Assembly (NCBI GenBank): GCA_964468315.1
Contig: CAYXTA010000001.1
Span: 64,277-128,276, forward strand
From: an uncultured Candidatus Saccharibacteria bacterium
GTDB taxonomy: Bacteria > Patescibacteriota > Minisyncoccia > Phycocordibacterales > UBA9973
Reading direction: 5' to 3'
Length of the DNA stretch: 64,000 nucleotides
Shown one piece after another: positions 35,330 through 45,003 of the stretch. How positions within the stretch are numbered: position 1 is the stretch's first letter; the number at the start of each line of letters is the position of its first letter. The position numbers were made by a program, and so were the translations under genes. The notes under the pieces were generated by a model. The model was not told the origin of the DNA, made no database searches, and saw nothing but the letters and a program-made list of their open reading frames with translations.

Positions 35330-36766
35330 ATGGAGAAAAAATATTATACAACCATTGGACTTGAAATACATGCGGAGTTAAAGACAGCTACCAAGATGTT
35401 TTGCTCTTGTAAAAATGATCCTGATGAAGAAAAACCAAATGTAAACATTTGTCCTGTATGCATGGCACATCCAGGGACTTTGCCTGTTGCAAATAAAAAG
35501 GCGATTGAGAATGTGATAAAAGTCGGTCTCGCTATTGATGCAAATATTGCAGACTTCTCAGAATTCGACAGAAAGAATTATTTTTACCCAGATATTCCAA
35601 AAGGCTATCAGATTTCACAATACAAATACCCGATAGTCTCTGGAGGACATCTCGCAGGTCTTGATATTACACGTATTCATTTAGAGGAAGACACGGCAAC
35701 TTCAAAGCATGATAAGGGTGATTATTCTCTCGTTGATTACAATCGTGCTGGTGTACCACTTATGGAACTCGTCACCGAAGCACATACTTTCGAGAACCCA
35801 GAAGATGCAGCCAAAGCAGCAAGTGTTTTTGCAAAAGAATATCAACTATTACTTTGGTATCTCGGTGTTTCCGAAGCGAATATGGAAAAAGGTGAAATGC
35901 GTGTGGAAGCCAATGTTTCTATTTCTCCAGATAAAGATAAAAAATGGACTGCATATGTTGAAGTGAAAAATTTGAACTCTTTCAAGAGTGTTGAGAAAGC
36001 TATCAAATATGAAGTAGAAAGAATGATAGAACTTTTTGAAGAAGGGAAGGAAAGTGAGATAGTTAAGGAGACTCGTGGTTGGGATGAAATGAAACAGAAA
36101 ACAGTTTCTCAAAGAAAAAAGGAATCAAGCCAAGATTACCGCTATTTCCCAGATCCTGATCTGCCAAAAATGAAACTTCACGAAGCTTTTGATTTAGAAG
36201 AAATGAAGAAAAATTTATCTGAGACTCCAGCACAAAAGCGCGCAAGATATAAAAATGATTATGGAATAAAAGATGAAGATATAGAAGTATATATTAATGA
36301 TTTAGAACTTGGAAAGTTTTTTGAAAATGTTTCAACAGAGCTTTCAGAAAATAAAGATATTATAAAAATCGCTTCAAACTACATTACTTCTGATTTTATT
36401 GGATTAAAGAAAAATAATTCTGAAATAAAACTTCCTTCAGCAATTAATTTTGCTGAACTTGCAACACTTATTTTTGAAAATAAAATTTCTTCACGTGCTG
36501 GTAAAGATATATTAGCTATGATTGTTATAAACGATGAAAGCCCACTTAAGATAGCTACGGAAAAAGACCTACTTCAGAAAAATGACACAGGTGCACTTAC
36601 AGAAATTGCACAGAAAATAATCGATGCAAATGAAAAAGTCGTTTCTGACTACAAAGCAGGTAAAGAAGCTGCTTTAATGTCTCTAGTTGGTCAAATGATG
36701 AAAGAGACAAAAGGCTCTGCGAATCCTCAAATAGCTAAAAACCTCCTTATTGACTTATTAAAATAA
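35330..36766 (+). CDS. gatB: Asp-tRNA(Asn)/Glu-tRNA(Gln) amidotransferase subunit B.
   Basis: YTTIGLEIHAELKT..., C-terminal YqeY-like domain, 478 aa. Confidence 0.9.
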   Translation: MEKKYYTTIGLEIHAELKTATKMFCSCKNDPDEEKPNVNICPVCMAHPGTLPVANKKAIENVIKVGLAIDANIADFSEFDRKNYFYPDIPKGYQISQYKYPIVSGGHLAGLDITRIHLEEDTATSKHDKGDYSLVDYNRAGVPLMELVTEAHTFENPEDAAKAASVFAKEYQLLLWYLGVSEANMEKGEMRVEANVSISPDKDKKWTAYVEVKNLNSFKSVEKAIKYEVERMIELFEEGKESEIVKETRGWDEMKQKTVSQRKKESSQDYRYFPDPDLPKMKLHEAFDLEEMKKNLSETPAQKRARYKNDYGIKDEDIEVYINDLELGKFFENVSTELSENKDIIKIASNYITSDFIGLKKNNSEIKLPSAINFAELATLIFENKISSRAGKDILAMIVINDESPLKIATEKDLLQKNDTGALTEIAQKIIDANEKVVSDYKAGKEAALMSLVGQMMKETKGSANPQIAKNLLIDLLK

Positions 36767-36821
36767 GTTTCGTATAGTAAGAGAAAATAAATTTATATAA
36801 AAATTTTAAATTCTCTGACAT

Positions 36822-37406
36822 ATGAAAAAAATAATTATTACTGTTGTGAAACTCAACGGACGACTTTACTTTTTATTCGAATATGGAGGTAAAAAGATTT
36901 ACTTTTTTGAACTGAGTGCTTTGGCTAACTATTTTAATGGCTATAGTGCAAATACGATTTTAGTATTAAGAAATAAAAAAGATTTTGATAAAGGAAATGT
37001 TCGTTATGCTGGGACACACGCAGGACAGGAATGGTTTTATGGATTCGAAAAAATTATCCCAAAAAATGATCAAGTGAAGTATTTGAGCTCATCACCTCCA
37101 ACAACGGATACTCTTAAAGTTTCTTATTTTAAAGAAGGTGATATTTTAGAAATAGAAAGTGAAATAATGGAAATTCAATTCTTTGTTGCTTTATCAGCCC
37201 TAACTTGGCTCAAAAAAGATACTGATGAATCTGAACAACTTGAAAAACTTGAAAAAGAGAAAGAAGAAGAAATTGAAAGTAAACACGGAAAAAATGAAAA
37301 AGTTCGGACAATGCTATTGCGTAGGTTATGGAACAAAAATGCAAAGATTCGTTCTGAAAGAATTGAAAAAAGAAAAGAAATGTTAGTGGTTATTGAAAAT
37401 GGTTAA
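36822..37406 (+). CDS. Hypothetical protein with a Lys/Glu-rich tail.
   Basis: 194-aa ORF. Confidence 0.4.
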   Translation: MKKIIITVVKLNGRLYFLFEYGGKKIYFFELSALANYFNGYSANTILVLRNKKDFDKGNVRYAGTHAGQEWFYGFEKIIPKNDQVKYLSSSPPTTDTLKVSYFKEGDILEIESEIMEIQFFVALSALTWLKKDTDESEQLEKLEKEKEEEIESKHGKNEKVRTMLLRRLWNKNAKIRSERIEKRKEMLVVIENG

Positions 37407-37471
37407 TTAACCAAAAAGCTACGACTTAATTGTTGTGGCTTTTTTTATTTTCAATATGGTAAAATATAGAT

Positions 37472-38338
37472 ATGAAATTATTACGTGAATACATAAAAGA
37501 AGCAGAAGAGAAACATGTGGCTATTGGGCATTTTAATATTTCAAATTTAGAAGCTTTGCATGGTATTTATAATGCAGCGAAGAAATTAAATTTACCAGTC
37601 ATTATCGGAGTCTCAGAAGGGGAAGAAAAGTTCGCAGGCTTAGAAGAAGTTTATGCATTAGTCAGTGAAATTCGTACTCGTGATAATTACCCTATATTTT
37701 TAAATGCAGATCATCATGCAAGTTTTGAATCAGTAAAAAAATGTATTGATGTTGGTTTTGATATGGTTATTATTGATGCTGCGAAATTACCATTTGAAGA
37801 AAATGTAGCAATTACGAAGCAATGCGTAGATTATGCTCGTGAAGTTTCAAAAAATACTGGAAGAGATATCCTTGTGGAAGCAGAACTTGGATTCATAGGT
37901 TCTGGTTCTGTTATACGTGATACTGTTCCAGAAGGTGCGGGAGTACTCACTACACCAGAAGATGCACAGAAGTTTGTAGAGATGACGGGTATTGATTTAT
38001 TTGCTCCATCAGTCGGCAGTATTCATGGACTTATAAAAACTGGTAAGCCACACATTAACTCAGAGCTTGTATCAGAAATAAAAAATATCACAGGAATCCC
38101 ACTCGTACTTCATGGAGGTTCAGGATTACGGGATGAAGATTTTACCAATGCGATCAAAGCTGGTATCTCAATCGTGCATATAAATAGTGAGATCCGTTTG
38201 GCATTTAAAGAAGCAGTTGAGAAAACAATTTCAGAAAATCCTACAGAAATAACTCCTGCAAAAATTCTCCAGCCCGCCGTCGATGCTATAGAAGCAGTAG
38301 TGGAGGCACGATTAAAATTATTTAACGGGATTCAATAA
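37472..38338 (+). CDS. fba: Class II fructose/tagatose-bisphosphate aldolase.
   Basis: HFNISNLE, DHHASFE, LHGGSG. Confidence 0.8.
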   Translation: MKLLREYIKEAEEKHVAIGHFNISNLEALHGIYNAAKKLNLPVIIGVSEGEEKFAGLEEVYALVSEIRTRDNYPIFLNADHHASFESVKKCIDVGFDMVIIDAAKLPFEENVAITKQCVDYAREVSKNTGRDILVEAELGFIGSGSVIRDTVPEGAGVLTTPEDAQKFVEMTGIDLFAPSVGSIHGLIKTGKPHINSELVSEIKNITGIPLVLHGGSGLRDEDFTNAIKAGISIVHINSEIRLAFKEAVEKTISENPTEITPAKILQPAVDAIEAVVEARLKLFNGIQ

Positions 38339-38340
38339 TT

Positions 38341-38658
38341 ATGAACTGGATCATTTTTATTCCTTTTTTAATACTCTGTGAGCTCATCGCAGATATTTTA
38401 GCAAAAGAATATTCTCTGAAAGGGAACTGGTATTTCTGGGTGGGTGCAGCTGTGGCATATTTTGTTGGTACGCTTTTCTGGCTTTTAACCATAAAGCACG
38501 GTTCAGGACTTGCTCGTGGAGCTATTATTTTTTCTGTCACCACAGCTATAGCTGCAACTGTAATAGGAGTCTTTTTTTATAGCGAAACAGCTACTAAGAT
38601 ACAGATTGTTGGAATGGTTCTAGGGGCTTTATCACTCGGATTAATTTTTTGGGAATAA
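38341..38658 (+). CDS. Small 4-TM membrane protein (SMR/EamA-like).
   Basis: 105 aa with four hydrophobic helices. Confidence 0.4.
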   Translation: MNWIIFIPFLILCELIADILAKEYSLKGNWYFWVGAAVAYFVGTLFWLLTIKHGSGLARGAIIFSVTTAIAATVIGVFFYSETATKIQIVGMVLGALSLGLIFWE

Positions 38659-38659
38659 T

Positions 38660-40330
38660 ATGAAAGAAGAAATAAAAAAAATAATAAAAGGGGAAGTGGA
38701 AGATGGTGATGAAATACTTTCAAAGTATTCACACGATGCTAGTATTTTCGAAGTGCGACCAAAGTTTGTGATTTTCCCTAAAGACAGTGAAGACGTACAA
38801 AATTTAGTTAAATGGGTAAATGAAAATAAAGAAAAACATCCCGAACTTTCTATTACTGCTCGCTGTGCTGGTACATGTATGTCGGGTGGAGCGATAGGTG
38901 AATCTATAATTTTGGATTTCACTAAATACATGAACAAATTAATATCTTTTGATGAGAATTTTATTACAGTGCAACCCGGAATGTTTTATAGAGATTTTGA
39001 AAAATTAACTTTAGAAAAAGGTCTGATTTTTCCTTGTTATACTGCATCAAAAGGTTTGAACGCTATGGGTGGAATGTTTGGTAATAATTCTGCGGGAGAA
39101 AAAACATTAAAATATGGAAAAACAGAAGACTGTGTACTAGGATCAAAAATTGTATTTGCTGATGGAGTAGAAAGAAATATCACAAAGACACTTTTGAGTG
39201 ATATACCACAGCAAGATGAATATACAAAAAAAATATTTGAATTAATAAAAGATAATGAAGAAATAATACAAAAAGCAAAACCAAAAGTTAGTAAAAACTC
39301 TGCTGGATATTATCTTTGGAATGTAGTTCGCCCAGCAAACAAAATTCCAAATCTCCCATCTATTTTGCCTCCTGTTTTTGATTTAAATAAATTATTTGTC
39401 GGTTCTCAAGGAACATTGGGTATAGCAACAGAAATAACTTTCAAACTCGTGCCTGTGCAAAAATATTCTAAACTTGTAGCTGTCTTTATGAAAGATTTGA
39501 GTATTTTAGGAGATTTAGTAGCAGAGATTGTAAAATTAAATCCTGAAACTTTAGAAACTTACGATGACAAAACAATGAAACTCGCTGTAAAATTCTTCCC
39601 AGATTTTTTGAAAAATAAAGGAGTATTTGGAATGATAAAATTTATGTGGTCTTTCTTACCAGAACTTGGGATGATGATAACAGGAGGTTTCCCAAAATTA
39701 ATTCTGCTTGTAGAGTTTGCTGGTGTAGATGATGCTGATGTTGAAAGACAATGTATAGAATTAAAAAATAAAATTTCTAATTTTAATATAAAAACCCATA
39801 TTACTAAATCAGAATCTGAAGCAAATAAATACTGGGATATACGAAGAGAAAGTTTCAATCTTCTTCGTAAGCATGTCTCCGGTAAACGAACTGCACCATT
39901 CATTGATGACATTATCGTTCGCCCGGAATTCTTGCCAAAATTTATTCCAGAATTAAATAAAATACTAGATACTTATGATATTACTTATACGATAGCGGGA
40001 CATGCAGGAGATGGAAATTTCCATATCATTCCTCTTATGGATTTTTCTAAAAAAGACATATCTAAAATAATTCTTGAATTAGGAGAGAAAGTTTACACTT
40101 TAGTTTTGAGTTATGGTGGATCAATCACGGCTGAACATAATGATGGTATTATCCGTACCCCTTATGTAGAACAAATGTATGGAGAAAAAATGTATAGTAT
40201 TTTCAAACAAGTAAAAAATATTTTTGATCCAAAAAACATCTTAAATCCTGGTAAAAAAGTCGGTGGTACGAAGGAATATTTGGTCAGTCATATCGCATTA
40301 GAACATCCAAAACCTGAACACAGCATCTAA
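38660..40330 (+). CDS. FAD-linked oxidoreductase (PCMH-type FAD-binding; GlcD/D-lactate dehydrogenase-like).
   Basis: FAD-binding N-terminal domain (VIFPKDSEDVQNLVKW...ARCAGTCMSGGAIG) and an FAD-oxidase C-terminal domain. Confidence 0.7.
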   Translation: MKEEIKKIIKGEVEDGDEILSKYSHDASIFEVRPKFVIFPKDSEDVQNLVKWVNENKEKHPELSITARCAGTCMSGGAIGESIILDFTKYMNKLISFDENFITVQPGMFYRDFEKLTLEKGLIFPCYTASKGLNAMGGMFGNNSAGEKTLKYGKTEDCVLGSKIVFADGVERNITKTLLSDIPQQDEYTKKIFELIKDNEEIIQKAKPKVSKNSAGYYLWNVVRPANKIPNLPSILPPVFDLNKLFVGSQGTLGIATEITFKLVPVQKYSKLVAVFMKDLSILGDLVAEIVKLNPETLETYDDKTMKLAVKFFPDFLKNKGVFGMIKFMWSFLPELGMMITGGFPKLILLVEFAGVDDADVERQCIELKNKISNFNIKTHITKSESEANKYWDIRRESFNLLRKHVSGKRTAPFIDDIIVRPEFLPKFIPELNKILDTYDITYTIAGHAGDGNFHIIPLMDFSKKDISKIILELGEKVYTLVLSYGGSITAEHNDGIIRTPYVEQMYGEKMYSIFKQVKNIFDPKNILNPGKKVGGTKEYLVSHIALEHPKPEHSI

Positions 40331-40369
40331 AATCCATAAAGGGTTGCAATTTATATATTTTTATATATA

Positions 40370-41014
40370 ATGGTACTTATGTTTACAATAAAAGCTAAAA
40401 AGAGAGATATTAGTGCAAACTTAGAAATGCTTAGAAAAGCAGGTGAAATGCCATCTGTTTTTTATGGTATGGGCAAGGAATCAACCCCTGTTTCTGTATC
40501 AATTATTGATTTCAAAAAAATCTGGCGTGATGCTGGAGAATCTTCAACAGTCACTGTCTCTACTCCAGAAGGAGATTTAAATACTCTTATCCATGACGTA
40601 CAAGTAAACCCTATTACAGATGAACCAATACATGCTGATTTTCTTGTTATCGACGTTAACAAAGCTATCCAAGTCAATGTTCCTATTGAATTCGAAGGTG
40701 TTTCAAGTGCTGTAAAAGGTGGTCTTGGAACATTGGTAAAAGTTCTTCATGAAGTTGAAATCGAAGCTCTTCCAAAAGATTTACCACACAATTTAGTTGT
40801 AGATATTTCAAAATTAGAAACAGTTGATGATCAAATTCTTGTTTCAGATATTGTCCTTCCAAAAGGTGTTATCATGGTAACACCCGCAGAAGAAGTTGTT
40901 GCAAGTATAGCTCTACAAAAAGAAGAAGTAGAAGATTCGACTCCTATTGATCTATCTGCTATTGAAGTAGAAAAGAAAGGAAAGAAAGAAGAAGAAACTC
41001 CAGCATCTGAATAA
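40370..41014 (+). CDS. rplY: 50S ribosomal protein L25 / general stress protein Ctc.
   Basis: FTIKAKKRD...GEMPSVFYG...VHDVQVNPITDEPIHADFL, with an acidic C-terminal tail. Confidence 0.75.
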   Translation: MVLMFTIKAKKRDISANLEMLRKAGEMPSVFYGMGKESTPVSVSIIDFKKIWRDAGESSTVTVSTPEGDLNTLIHDVQVNPITDEPIHADFLVIDVNKAIQVNVPIEFEGVSSAVKGGLGTLVKVLHEVEIEALPKDLPHNLVVDISKLETVDDQILVSDIVLPKGVIMVTPAEEVVASIALQKEEVEDSTPIDLSAIEVEKKGKKEEETPASE

Positions 41015-41046
41015 TAAATTTATTTAAATATGTTATAATAAAAAGT

Positions 41047-42414
41047 ATGGTAAAGAAATTTTCCATACTTTTTTTTGTATTATTTTTCTTAAGCGGCGCA
41101 CAAAATGCGTCCGCGGTTGTTGATTGTTCCGTATCTGGAAATATCATTACTCAAGCAGATAAAGATTTTTGTTATAACGAACTTACACAAACAGAAGCTC
41201 AACTTGCAGATCTTTTAAATCAACAAAAAGAACAACAAAAAAGAACAGGTACTTTAAAGGGAGATATCACTTATCTAACAACACAGATAAATGCTTTAAA
41301 AACAAAAATAAAAGCACGTAGTCTTGCTATTGCCCAGCTTAAAATTTCTATTACTAGTAAAGTAAATAAAATAGAAACATTATCTGAAAAAATAAAAAAA
41401 GAACATCAGTCTTTGGCGCAATTACTTCGTAATACAAATGAAATAGATAATGAAAATATGGTTCATCTTATTTTTTCAAATAGTAGCGTTTCAGATTTTT
41501 ATAGTGATTTTTATACTTATGCTTCAATAAAACAATCTATTAAAACTTCAGTTGAACAAATAAATGGTATAAAAACTCAAACCGAAGCAGAGAAAAAAGA
41601 TCTTGAGAAAAAACAAAATGCAGAGCTTGACACAAAATCAGAATTAGAAAATGCGCAAAAGAAAGTTGTACAAACAGAATCAAATAAAAAAGAGCTTTTA
41701 GCTATTAGTAAGAAAAAAGAAAGTGATTATCAAAAGCTTGCAGATGAAAAGAAAGCTCGTGCAAATAAAATCCGTGGCGCTTTGTTCTCTCTTGCTGGTA
41801 TTTCTCAGAAAATAGATTTCGGTACAGCTTTGCAATATGCAACTGAAGCAAAATCAAAGACAGGTATAGACCCAGCATTTTTGCTCGCAATTCTTACTCA
41901 AGAAAGTAATTTAGGTTCGAACGTTGGTAAGTGTTATCTTACAAATATCGATGGTCCACAAGCGGGTTATGGAGTAAATATTAGTACAGGGAAAACATGG
42001 AATAATTTAATGAAGCCTACTCGTGATATTGCTCCTTTTCTTGAAATTACAGGAAAACTTGGTTTTGATCCTCTTAAGACAGTTGTATCTTGTCCTATTG
42101 CTGGTGTAAAGGGTTATGGTGGTGCTATGGGACCTGCACAATTCATTGCTTCTACTTGGAAACTTATAGAAAAAAGAATTGCAAGTAGTTTAGGAATTTC
42201 TACACCAAATCCTTGGAATCCTCGTGATGCGTTTATGGCTTCAGCAATATATCTTACTGATCTAGGGGCTTCTGGTACTAGTTATTCTTCTCAAATCAAA
42301 GCCGCTTGTAAATATTATGGTACCGGAGGTAGTAATTGTTCCTATGGTAAAAGTGTTATGAATTTTGCTAAAAAGATACAGATAAATCAGATCGATCCAT
42401 TGCAAGGTATATAA
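41047..42414 (+). CDS. Secreted coiled-coil protein with a C-terminal lysozyme-like/SLT (lytic transglycosylase) domain.
   Basis: Signal peptide, long coiled coil, then DPAFLLAILTQESNLG (SLT E-S motif). Confidence 0.6.
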   Translation: MVKKFSILFFVLFFLSGAQNASAVVDCSVSGNIITQADKDFCYNELTQTEAQLADLLNQQKEQQKRTGTLKGDITYLTTQINALKTKIKARSLAIAQLKISITSKVNKIETLSEKIKKEHQSLAQLLRNTNEIDNENMVHLIFSNSSVSDFYSDFYTYASIKQSIKTSVEQINGIKTQTEAEKKDLEKKQNAELDTKSELENAQKKVVQTESNKKELLAISKKKESDYQKLADEKKARANKIRGALFSLAGISQKIDFGTALQYATEAKSKTGIDPAFLLAILTQESNLGSNVGKCYLTNIDGPQAGYGVNISTGKTWNNLMKPTRDIAPFLEITGKLGFDPLKTVVSCPIAGVKGYGGAMGPAQFIASTWKLIEKRIASSLGISTPNPWNPRDAFMASAIYLTDLGASGTSYSSQIKAACKYYGTGGSNCSYGKSVMNFAKKIQINQIDPLQGI

Positions 42415-42451
42415 ATTTGCATAAATACGACTTTTGTGATAAATTAAAACT

Positions 42452-42682
42452 ATGAAAAAAGATATACACCCAAAATACGATATCAAAGCAAAAGCTACTT
42501 GCGCCTGCGGAGCTGTTTTTGAAGTTGGTTCTACTATGCCTGAAATAAGTGTTGAAATATGTAGTAATTGTCATCCTTTTTATACTGGTAATGATAAAGT
42601 TCTAGATACTGCTGGACGTGTTGATCGTTTCAAGAAACGCGTTACTGCTTCAACTGCTGTTAAAGCAAAAGCTAAGAAATAA
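42452..42682 (+). CDS. rpmE: 50S ribosomal protein L31.
   Basis: MKKDIHPKY...CACG...[10 protein letters not shown]. Confidence 0.9.
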   Translation: MKKDIHPKYDIKAKATCACGAVFEVGSTMPEISVEICSNCHPFYTGNDKVLDTAGRVDRFKKRVTASTAVKAKAKK

Positions 42683-42684
42683 AT

Positions 42685-42798
42685 AAAAAAAGCCTGTTTA
42701 TGCCTTTTAGGGAACGAAATTTTCTTTTTAGAAAATTTCTCAAGTTCAAGCACTAGTCGTGCTTGAAAGTCCCTAAAAAACATAAATAGGCTTTTTTT
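42685..42798 (+). other. Highly structured ~114-nt element: an 18-bp A-run/T-run closing stem enclosing a second 9-bp stem and two perfect 9-bp hairpins. A complex terminator or a small structured RNA.
   Basis: Outer AAAAAAAGCCTGTTTATG / CATAAATAGGCTTTTTTT (one G.U). Inner TTTTAGGGA/TCCCTAAAA. Hairpins GAAATTTTC-TTTTTA-GAAAATTTC and TTCAAGCAC-TAGTC-GTGCTTGAA. Confidence 0.5.
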
Positions 42799-42815
42799 GA
42801 TATAATAATTTACAT

Positions 42816-43787
42816 ATGGAAATAAATCTTGAAGAATTAAAAAAGAACCACAACACTAGTTATCTTGCTAGTGTTTTAGAACGTTTAAATAGAGAAGAGG
42901 GCGAAGTTCGAGAAATGCTTGATAGTGACGAGAGTTTACATGAAATGGCAACTGCAGAATTAAAAAATATTCAAGAACAACGCGAAATTACAGAGAAACA
43001 AATTCAAGATATTTTAGATAAAGATAAAGAAGAGGAAGAATTTCCAAATGAAGTTGTACTTGAAGTTCGTGCTGGTGCTGGAGGTGATGAAGCATCACTC
43101 TTTGCGTGGCAACTTGCACATATGTATGAAAGATTTGCAGAAATGCAAGGTTGGACTTGGAAAGTGAACTATGAATCAAAAAGTGATCTTGATGGTTACA
43201 AAGAAGCCAGTTTTGAAATTTTAGGTAAAGATGTTTACAAAAAATTACAATATGAAATGGGAGCACACCGCGTACAAAGAATTCCTGCAACAGAAAAAAA
43301 TGGCCGTGTTCACACTTCCACTGCATCTGTTGCTATTTTACCAATACGTAAAAAAGTAAAATTTGAAATAAATCCCGCTGACCTAGAAATGGAATATTCT
43401 CGTTCTGGTGGAAAGGGAGGGCAGAATGTTAACAAAGTTGAAACAGCTGTCCGTCTTATTCATATTCCTACTGGTCTCGATGTTCGTTGTACTTCTGAGC
43501 GTTCTCAATTAAAAAATCGTGAAAAAGCATTATCTATTCTTTCTGCAAAATTACAACAACTCAAAGAAGAAGAAGAAGCAAAAAAATATTCAGGTGAAAG
43601 AAAAGCTCAAATCGGTACAGGCGATAGATCTGAAAAAATCCGCACGTATAACTTTCCACAAGACCGTATTACTGATCACCGTATCAAGAAATCTTGGCAT
43701 AATTTACCTAAAATAATGGAAGGAGATATCGCTCCTATAATAAACTCTCTAGAATCTGGTGAGACAGGGGACGAAGACGAAGATTAA
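42816..43787 (+). CDS. prfA: Peptide chain release factor 1.
   Basis: GGQ motif SGGKGGQNVNKVETAVRLIH; RF-1-type domain 2 with PAT (RIPATEKNGRVHTS). Confidence 0.9.
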   Translation: MEINLEELKKNHNTSYLASVLERLNREEGEVREMLDSDESLHEMATAELKNIQEQREITEKQIQDILDKDKEEEEFPNEVVLEVRAGAGGDEASLFAWQLAHMYERFAEMQGWTWKVNYESKSDLDGYKEASFEILGKDVYKKLQYEMGAHRVQRIPATEKNGRVHTSTASVAILPIRKKVKFEINPADLEMEYSRSGGKGGQNVNKVETAVRLIHIPTGLDVRCTSERSQLKNREKALSILSAKLQQLKEEEEAKKYSGERKAQIGTGDRSEKIRTYNFPQDRITDHRIKKSWHNLPKIMEGDIAPIINSLESGETGDEDED

Positions 43788-43991
43788 GATAAAACCCTTA
43801 TAAAAAGGCTCTGTGGATAACATTGCTTTTTTTGTATTTGTATGCTATACTTTCTTAGTAGTTTCTCAAAGCTTTTTTGTGTAAATTGTGAGTCGTGAAT
43901 TTTTTGCATCAACGAAAGAAAACAGCGGTCAGGGTATCTACGTATTATAAATAGTTTTTGCCCGATTTTTAAAAAACGGGAGAAAAATAAT

Positions 43992-44318
43992 ATGGCAACA
44001 AAGCTATATGTTGGTGGTCTACCTTACAGTACTACTAACGATGAACTTTCTGCACACTTTAGTGCTGCAGGATCTGTATCATCAGCAACTATTATCATGG
44101 ACAAGATGTCTGGTCGTTCAAAAGGTTTCGGTTTCGTTGAAATGTCATCTGACGCAGAAGCGCAAGCAGCTGTTGAGATGTTCAATGGTAAAGATTTCGG
44201 AGGACGTAATCTTACTGTGAACGAAGCTCGTCCTATGGAAGCTCGTCCACCAAGAACTGGCGGATCTTTCGGAGGAGGAAATGGAGGTGGCTACGGAGGT
44301 GGTCGCCGTGAATACTAA
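43992..44318 (+). CDS. RRM-type glycine-rich RNA-binding protein.
   Basis: RNP2 KLYVGGL, RNP1 KGFGFVEM, Gly-rich tail. Confidence 0.8.
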   Translation: MATKLYVGGLPYSTTNDELSAHFSAAGSVSSATIIMDKMSGRSKGFGFVEMSSDAEAQAAVEMFNGKDFGGRNLTVNEARPMEARPPRTGGSFGGGNGGGYGGGRREY

Positions 44319-44368
44319 TCTTAATTAGTTTTCTATTAAAAACATTCTAGAAATAGGGTGTTTTTAAT

Positions 44369-44623
44369 TTGCTAATTTTAATAATGTGTGATATTATTTA
44401 TTTGGAATTCATAAACATTTTAAATTTAAATCATATGAAAAGATTAGTTCTATTTTTGTCACTTCTTATAGTGATTGTTTTTTGTGAAATACACTGGCCT
44501 TCAAAAAATTGGCGACTTGTTTTCTGGATATTTTTTGCTCCTGGAGCTTTTTATTTTTGGAATCAAGACATAAAAGAAATTGATAAAGCTAGAGTAGTAA
44601 AAAAGAAGCCTTGTTGTAAATAA
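44369..44623 (+). CDS. Small hypothetical membrane protein.
   Basis: 84 aa, hydrophobic. Confidence 0.3.
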   Translation: MLILIMCDIIYLEFINILNLNHMKRLVLFLSLLIVIVFCEIHWPSKNWRLVFWIFFAPGAFYFWNQDIKEIDKARVVKKKPCCK

Positions 44624-44702
44624 CAATGGGGCTTTTTTATTTGCCCTTTTTTGGTATATTTGTTATATTTTATACGCCTCTTTTCGTAGGGGATTTTGAT
44701 TT

Positions 44703-44774
44703 GAGCGTGTAGTTCAGTGGTAGAACGCTGTCCTGATAAGACAGAGGTCGATGGTCCGATTCCATCCACGCTCA
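44703..44774 (+). tRNA. tRNA-Ile (anticodon GAU). CCA is not encoded.
   Basis: Hand fold: acceptor GAGCGTG/CACGCTC, D arm GTTC AGTGGTA GAAC, anticodon arm CTGTC CTGATAA GACAG, T arm GATGG TCCGATT CCATC, discriminator A. Confidence 0.75.
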
Positions 44775-44775
44775 C

Positions 44776-45000
44776 ATGGAAGATAATAAAGAAAAAATAT
44801 GGTGGCACCCCGCAATGTTCTTCTTTGGAAAGACAACCGGTTGGATCATCTCACCACTTATTATTATTTTTTTAATTAAAAATTTTTTTGTTTTAAATAA
44901 CATTATTTTTTATCTTCTCTTTGGTCTCGGCTTCATTATGACTTGTTTTGGTATTTACAGAGAAATAAAAAAATATAAGAAAGATATACATCAAGAATAA
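44776..45000 (+). CDS. Small 2-TM protein, possibly ATP synthase protein I/AtpZ-like.
   Basis: The position directly 5' of atpB and its size and topology support this. The ATG begins 2 nt after the tRNA-Ile 3' end. Confidence 0.35.
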   Translation: MEDNKEKIWWHPAMFFFGKTTGWIISPLIIIFLIKNFFVLNNIIFYLLFGLGFIMTCFGIYREIKKYKKDIHQE

Positions 45001-45003
45001 ATT

